The notes beneath the pieces were generated by a model, which had not been told where the DNA came from, did not search any database, and worked only from the letters and a program-made list of their open reading frames with translations. The translations under genes were made by a program, and so were the position numbers. From positions 1 through 9,362 of the forward strand of contig JBDKUT010000035.1 of the NCBI GenBank assembly GCA_039679545.1: DNA of 9,362 bases, in the 5' to 3' direction. Below, piece after piece: positions 6,723 through 9,362 of the stretch (the first letter of the stretch is position 1; every line of letters begins with the position of its first letter). The stretch is from Thermotogota bacterium (GTDB lineage Bacteria > Bipolaricaulota > Bipolaricaulia > UBA7950 > UBA9294).

Positions 6723-6736
6723 GTCGAACGCACCCG

Positions 6737-7360
6737 CTACGCGTGTCCGACGATGCGCAGCCGTTCGGCCATGACGATCGCCCGCAACTCATCCACGGCC
6801 GTGGCAAGGTCGCCGTTCAAAACCAGGTAGTCGAAGATCTCCAGGCTCTTCATTTCTCGCGCTGCCGCACGCAGCCGCTCGGAGATCTCGGCCTCCGATT
6901 CCGACCCGCGTGCGCGCAGTCGCTCGCCCAGCTGGCTGAGCGACGGAGGCGCGAAGAACACGAAGGAGAGCGTCACGTCCGGAACGCCCACGCGTCGGAG
7001 CGTGCAGGCTCCCTGCACATCGACGTTCAGCACGACGTCCAGCCCCTGCGCCGTCAGCCGCTTCATCTCCGCCTTCGACGTCCCGTACCGGTCGCCGAGG
7101 TACACAGCGTGTTCGATGAACCCCCCCGCCTCAACCAGGTCCGCAAACTCGGCGTCGGACACGAAGTAGTAGTCGACGCCGTTCCGCTCTCCCGGCCGCG
7201 GGGTGCGCGTCGTATGGGAGACGGAGTAGACGAGGCCCGGCACTCGAGCGATCAGTGCGCTGATCGCCGTGTTCTTGCCGGCGCCCGATGGGCCGGATAC
7301 GACGAACGCGAGGCCCCTCCCCGCTCCCCGGCGGAGGGATGAAAGGTCGTCACTCGACAT
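6737..7360 (-). CDS. gmk: Guanylate kinase
   Basis: VSGPSGAGK P-loop, SVSHTTR.PRPGE.NGVDYYFV, YGTS, DVQGA, PPS..L..RL..RG, FDYLVLN. Start is most likely ATG 7360, overlapping the yicC end by 11 nt, rather than 7390. Confidence 0.96.
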   Translation of the reverse strand: MSSDDLSSLRRGAGRGLAFVVSGPSGAGKNTAISALIARVPGLVYSVSHTTRTPRPGERNGVDYYFVSDAEFADLVEAGGFIEHAVYLGDRYGTSKAEMKRLTAQGLDVVLNVDVQGACTLRRVGVPDVTLSFVFFAPPSLSQLGERLRARGSESEAEISERLRAAAREMKSLEIFDYLVLNGDLATAVDELRAIVMAERLRIVGHA

Positions 7361-8210
7361 TCTGAACCTGCTCCCGCATTTGTTCGACACACATCTTCAT
7401 ATCCAGAACCGTGGCGACGATCTCGCTGTCGCGGGCCTTCGAACCGAGTGTGTTGATCTCGCGGAGGAACTCCTGACCGAGGAAGTCCAGCTCCTTTCCC
7501 ACGGGTGACGTTCTGCGGAAAAGCTCCCGCGCCCTCGCGATGTGCCCCTTCAACCGGACCAGCTCTTCCTGGATGTCGAAGCGGTCTGCGTAGAGAACGA
7601 CCTCTGTCTCGAGGCGCTCCGGGTCGATCGCGACGTCAAGGCCCTCGATCCGCTCGAGAAGCTTGTCCCGCAGCCCGGTGAGTACCGATGGGAGGCACCC
7701 TTCAATCGCCGTCGTACCGGACTCCAGAGCATCCGTCAACCGGGCAAGCTCGGTTCGCAGCACCCCGCCTTCCCGCTCACGAGCCGAGATCAACGCTGCG
7801 AGTGCCACCTCCAGCGCGCGCTCTGCGGCAGGCCACAGCGCCTCGTCGCTCTCCTCGCGGATCTGGAAGCCGCCGGCGCGAATAAGGTCGCCCAAGGTCG
7901 GCGGTGCTTCGAGCTCGAGCTCGTCGGAGAGCTCTTGCAGCGCGGCGTGAACGCGGCGGGCGAGCGCACGATCGACGTTAGGACCGTCACCCGGCCCCTC
8001 GTTCTCCTCGATGGCCAGCCACACGCCGACATCGCCGCGAGCCAGCGCTCCCCGGATCTTCTCCTCGATCTGGGCGTGGAGCCACGGACGTTCGCCGACC
8101 GACCGGATCCGCACGCTGAGGAACCGGTGATTGACCGACCGAATCGTCGCCTCGACCCTCCACCCGTCGAGCGCCGCCGCACCGGCCCCAAACCCGGTCA
8201 TGCTTCGCAT
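7350..8210 (-). CDS. yicC: YicC/YloC family endoribonuclease
   Basis: Family hallmarks MRSMTGFG, SVNHRFL, RG.V, EELVRL..H, GK.LDFL.QE..RE.NTLGSK and EQ.REQVQNVE C-terminus; conserved adjacency to gmk. Confidence 0.95.
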   Translation of the reverse strand: MRSMTGFGAGAAALDGWRVEATIRSVNHRFLSVRIRSVGERPWLHAQIEEKIRGALARGDVGVWLAIEENEGPGDGPNVDRALARRVHAALQELSDELELEAPPTLGDLIRAGGFQIREESDEALWPAAERALEVALAALISAREREGGVLRTELARLTDALESGTTAIEGCLPSVLTGLRDKLLERIEGLDVAIDPERLETEVVLYADRFDIQEELVRLKGHIARARELFRRTSPVGKELDFLGQEFLREINTLGSKARDSEIVATVLDMKMCVEQMREQVQNVE

Positions 8211-9046
8211 TGGCTCAATCCCCCCTGCGCTATCGTAACCCCCGCGTACCCCACGACCGCTGTCCGATCCCCAGTCGAGTCCCCCGACGTCTCGTAGGCA
8301 ACGAGCGACGACCCTCTCCAGCCCCTTCGACTCGCGAGAGCGAGCAGGGTCGCGATCGCCCCCACACCGCAGATCGAGAAGCGACCCTCCACGCAGACTC
8401 GGTAGAACCGGGCCGGGTCGACCGCGAGGATCGGATCGAGCGCCACACGGTCCCGCTCCCTTGCGACCGAATCCGCCTCGTAATGGGTGAAGTCACTCGA
8501 CGCCACAACCCACGTCACGCGCCCTCCCGTCGTCTCGAGCAGCGCCGCCGCGCCCGCGCTGAGTTCTTCCAGCGACCCTGGCTGTACACAGACCGGAACG
8601 ATCGGGACCGGGTCGTCCCACAAGTCCTGCAGGAACGGAAGCTCGACCTCGACCGAGTGCTCGCGGTGGAACGCGGGCTCGTAGATCTGCATTCCCGCCG
8701 CCACCAGCGTCCTGATCGTTTCGCGATCAAGCGGCACATCACCGAGCGGGGTACGCCAGGCCGCCGTATCGGACAACGAGAATGTCGGTCCAAGGCCTGT
8801 GTGGCTCGCGCCGAGCAGGATCACCACGTCCGGGCGTCCGCATTCGAGCGCCCGCCGAAACGTTGCCCCGGCCACGCGCCCCGAGTACGGATACCCCGCG
8901 TGCGGGACCACCAGCCCCACCGATTCTCGTGCACTACGCACCATCGGCCGTTCGCCCAGGAGCCGACGCACGGTCGACCTCAGGACGTCCGGATCCCCAG
9001 GGTAGAACATCCCCGCGACAACGGGCATTCGCACGTGGCCTAGCAT
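8198..9046 (-). CDS. amrB: AmmeMemoRadiSam system protein B (MEMO1 family, dioxygenase-like fold)
   Basis: R.P.VAG.FYP, PHAGY.YSG, LG.SH, EHS.EV.LPFL, ASSDFTHY, SICG, TSGD, VVGYA motifs all present. Start is ATG 9046 (possibly leaderless) or 9055. Confidence 0.93.
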   Translation of the reverse strand: MLGHVRMPVVAGMFYPGDPDVLRSTVRRLLGERPMVRSARESVGLVVPHAGYPYSGRVAGATFRRALECGRPDVVILLGASHTGLGPTFSLSDTAAWRTPLGDVPLDRETIRTLVAAGMQIYEPAFHREHSVEVELPFLQDLWDDPVPIVPVCVQPGSLEELSAGAAALLETTGGRVTWVVASSDFTHYEADSVARERDRVALDPILAVDPARFYRVCVEGRFSICGVGAIATLLALASRRGWRGSSLVAYETSGDSTGDRTAVVGYAGVTIAQGGLSQCEA

Positions 9047-9053
9047 TCCTGCC

Positions 9054-9059
9054 ATTGTA
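9054..9059 (-). promoter_or_regulatory. Putative -10 element (TACAAT) for amrB-yicC-gmk, positioned for a leaderless transcript
   Basis: TACAAT on the minus strand at 9059-9054, 7 nt before ATG 9046. No convincing -35. Confidence 0.45.
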
Positions 9060-9090
9060 CCGAGAAGCCCCGGCCCGGACCATGGCGATC

Positions 9091-9119
9091 TTGACGCCCC
9101 GTCCCGACTCCCGTACTAT
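9091..9119 (+). promoter_or_regulatory. sigma70-type promoter for tRNA-Gln (TTGACG-N17-TACTAT)
   Basis: -35 TTGACG 9091-9096, 17-nt spacer, -10 TACTAT 9114-9119, 12 nt upstream of the tRNA 5' end. Confidence 0.85.
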
Positions 9120-9131
9120 CTTGGCCGTCCT

Positions 9132-9202
9132 TGGGAGATCGTTTAATGGCAGGACGACAGGCTCTGGCCCTGTTAGTGGAGGTTCGAATCCCCCTCTCCC
9201 AA
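9132..9202 (+). tRNA. tRNA-Gln, anticodon CTG; CCA not encoded
   Basis: Acceptor TGGGAGA/TCTCCCA (U1-A72), D arm GTTT-AATGGCA-GGAC, anticodon stem ACAGG/CCTGT with loop CT-CTG-GC (anticodon 9164-9166), T arm GGAGG-TTCGAAT-CCCCC, discriminator A9202. Confidence 0.95.
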
Positions 9203-9206
9203 AACC

Positions 9207-9244
9207 GACCCTGGGGAGCGGAAGCTCCTCAGGGTCCAGTTTTG
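9207..9244 (+). terminator. Probable intrinsic terminator of the tRNA transcript
   Basis: 13-bp stem GACCCTGGGGAGC (9207-9219)/GCTCCTCAGGGTC (9224-9236, one G-U), GGAA tetraloop, then CAGTTTTG. Confidence 0.7.
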
Positions 9245-9277
9245 TGGTGAGGGGGCGAGAGAACCCCCAAGCCGACG

Positions 9278-9338
9278 AAGGAGTCTGCGCCAGCAGACTC
9301 CCCAGCGACCGGAGAGCCACTCAACCGCCCCAGTCGCC
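9278..9338 (-). other. Two abutting stem-loops, best formed on the minus strand; function unknown
   Basis: Minus strand: GGCGACTGGGG (9338-9328)/CTCCGGTCGCT (9314-9304), immediately followed by GGGGAGTCTGC (9303-9293)/GCAGACTCCTT (9288-9278). The imperfect positions are G-U on the minus strand but A-C on the plus strand. Confidence 0.45.
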
Positions 9339-9362
9339 ATCCCCCGCTCCCCCCCCCCGCTG

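Noticed and set aside
229..9043. Many long alternative-frame and antisense ORFs (e.g. 229-888, 3794-4573, 4896-5711, 5769-6536, 7542-8297, 8210-9043)
   Set aside because: Shadow ORFs expected from high GC and codon bias; they overlap well-supported genes and show no family motifs.
9245..9268. Minus-strand GGGGGTTC...CCCCCTCACCA resembling a tRNA/tmRNA 3' end
   Set aside because: The loop lacks the TTCRANY consensus and there is no room for a 7-bp acceptor strand after the stem; not called as an RNA gene.
9256..9316. Glycine-riboswitch-like words (GAGAGA, GAAGGAG, GGAGAG) on the plus strand
   Set aside because: The conserved CUCUCAGG strand and P1/P3 pairing are not present (CTCCCCAGC instead), and the hairpins fold better on the opposite strand.
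8934..9320. 128-aa minus-strand ORF across the tRNA
   Set aside because: Contains GRGGFEPPLTGPEPVVLPLND, the typical translation of an antisense tRNA; spurious.

Overview
GC-rich bacterial chromosomal segment of housekeeping genes. It contains no mobile element, CRISPR array or defence system. There are three transcription units plus a tRNA. (1) Minus strand: era, followed by a truncated, translationally coupled ORF with a degenerate receiver-like N-terminus. (2) Plus strand: hutI-like gene, ispE, cmk, plsC, rpsA, hup, ending in two tandem hairpins. (3) Minus strand: amrB (MEMO1 family), yicC, gmk, converging on hup. (4) A divergent tRNA-Gln(CUG) with a clear sigma70 promoter and a hairpin-rich trailer. 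The most unusual feature is the first gene of the plus-strand operon, an intact imidazolonepropionase (HutI)-fold protein that has lost all four metal ligands and most substrate-binding residues (probable pseudoenzyme) yet overlaps ispE. It is driven by a symmetric divergent promoter pair that shares one -35 region with era. Also notable: a near-consensus promoter inside cmk, a terminator with the hup stop codon in its loop, an Arg/Gly-rich tail on S1, an atypical tRNA-Gln 3' half, and a trailer complementary to the tRNA 3' strand. All calls come from manual motif reading; no database searches were run.
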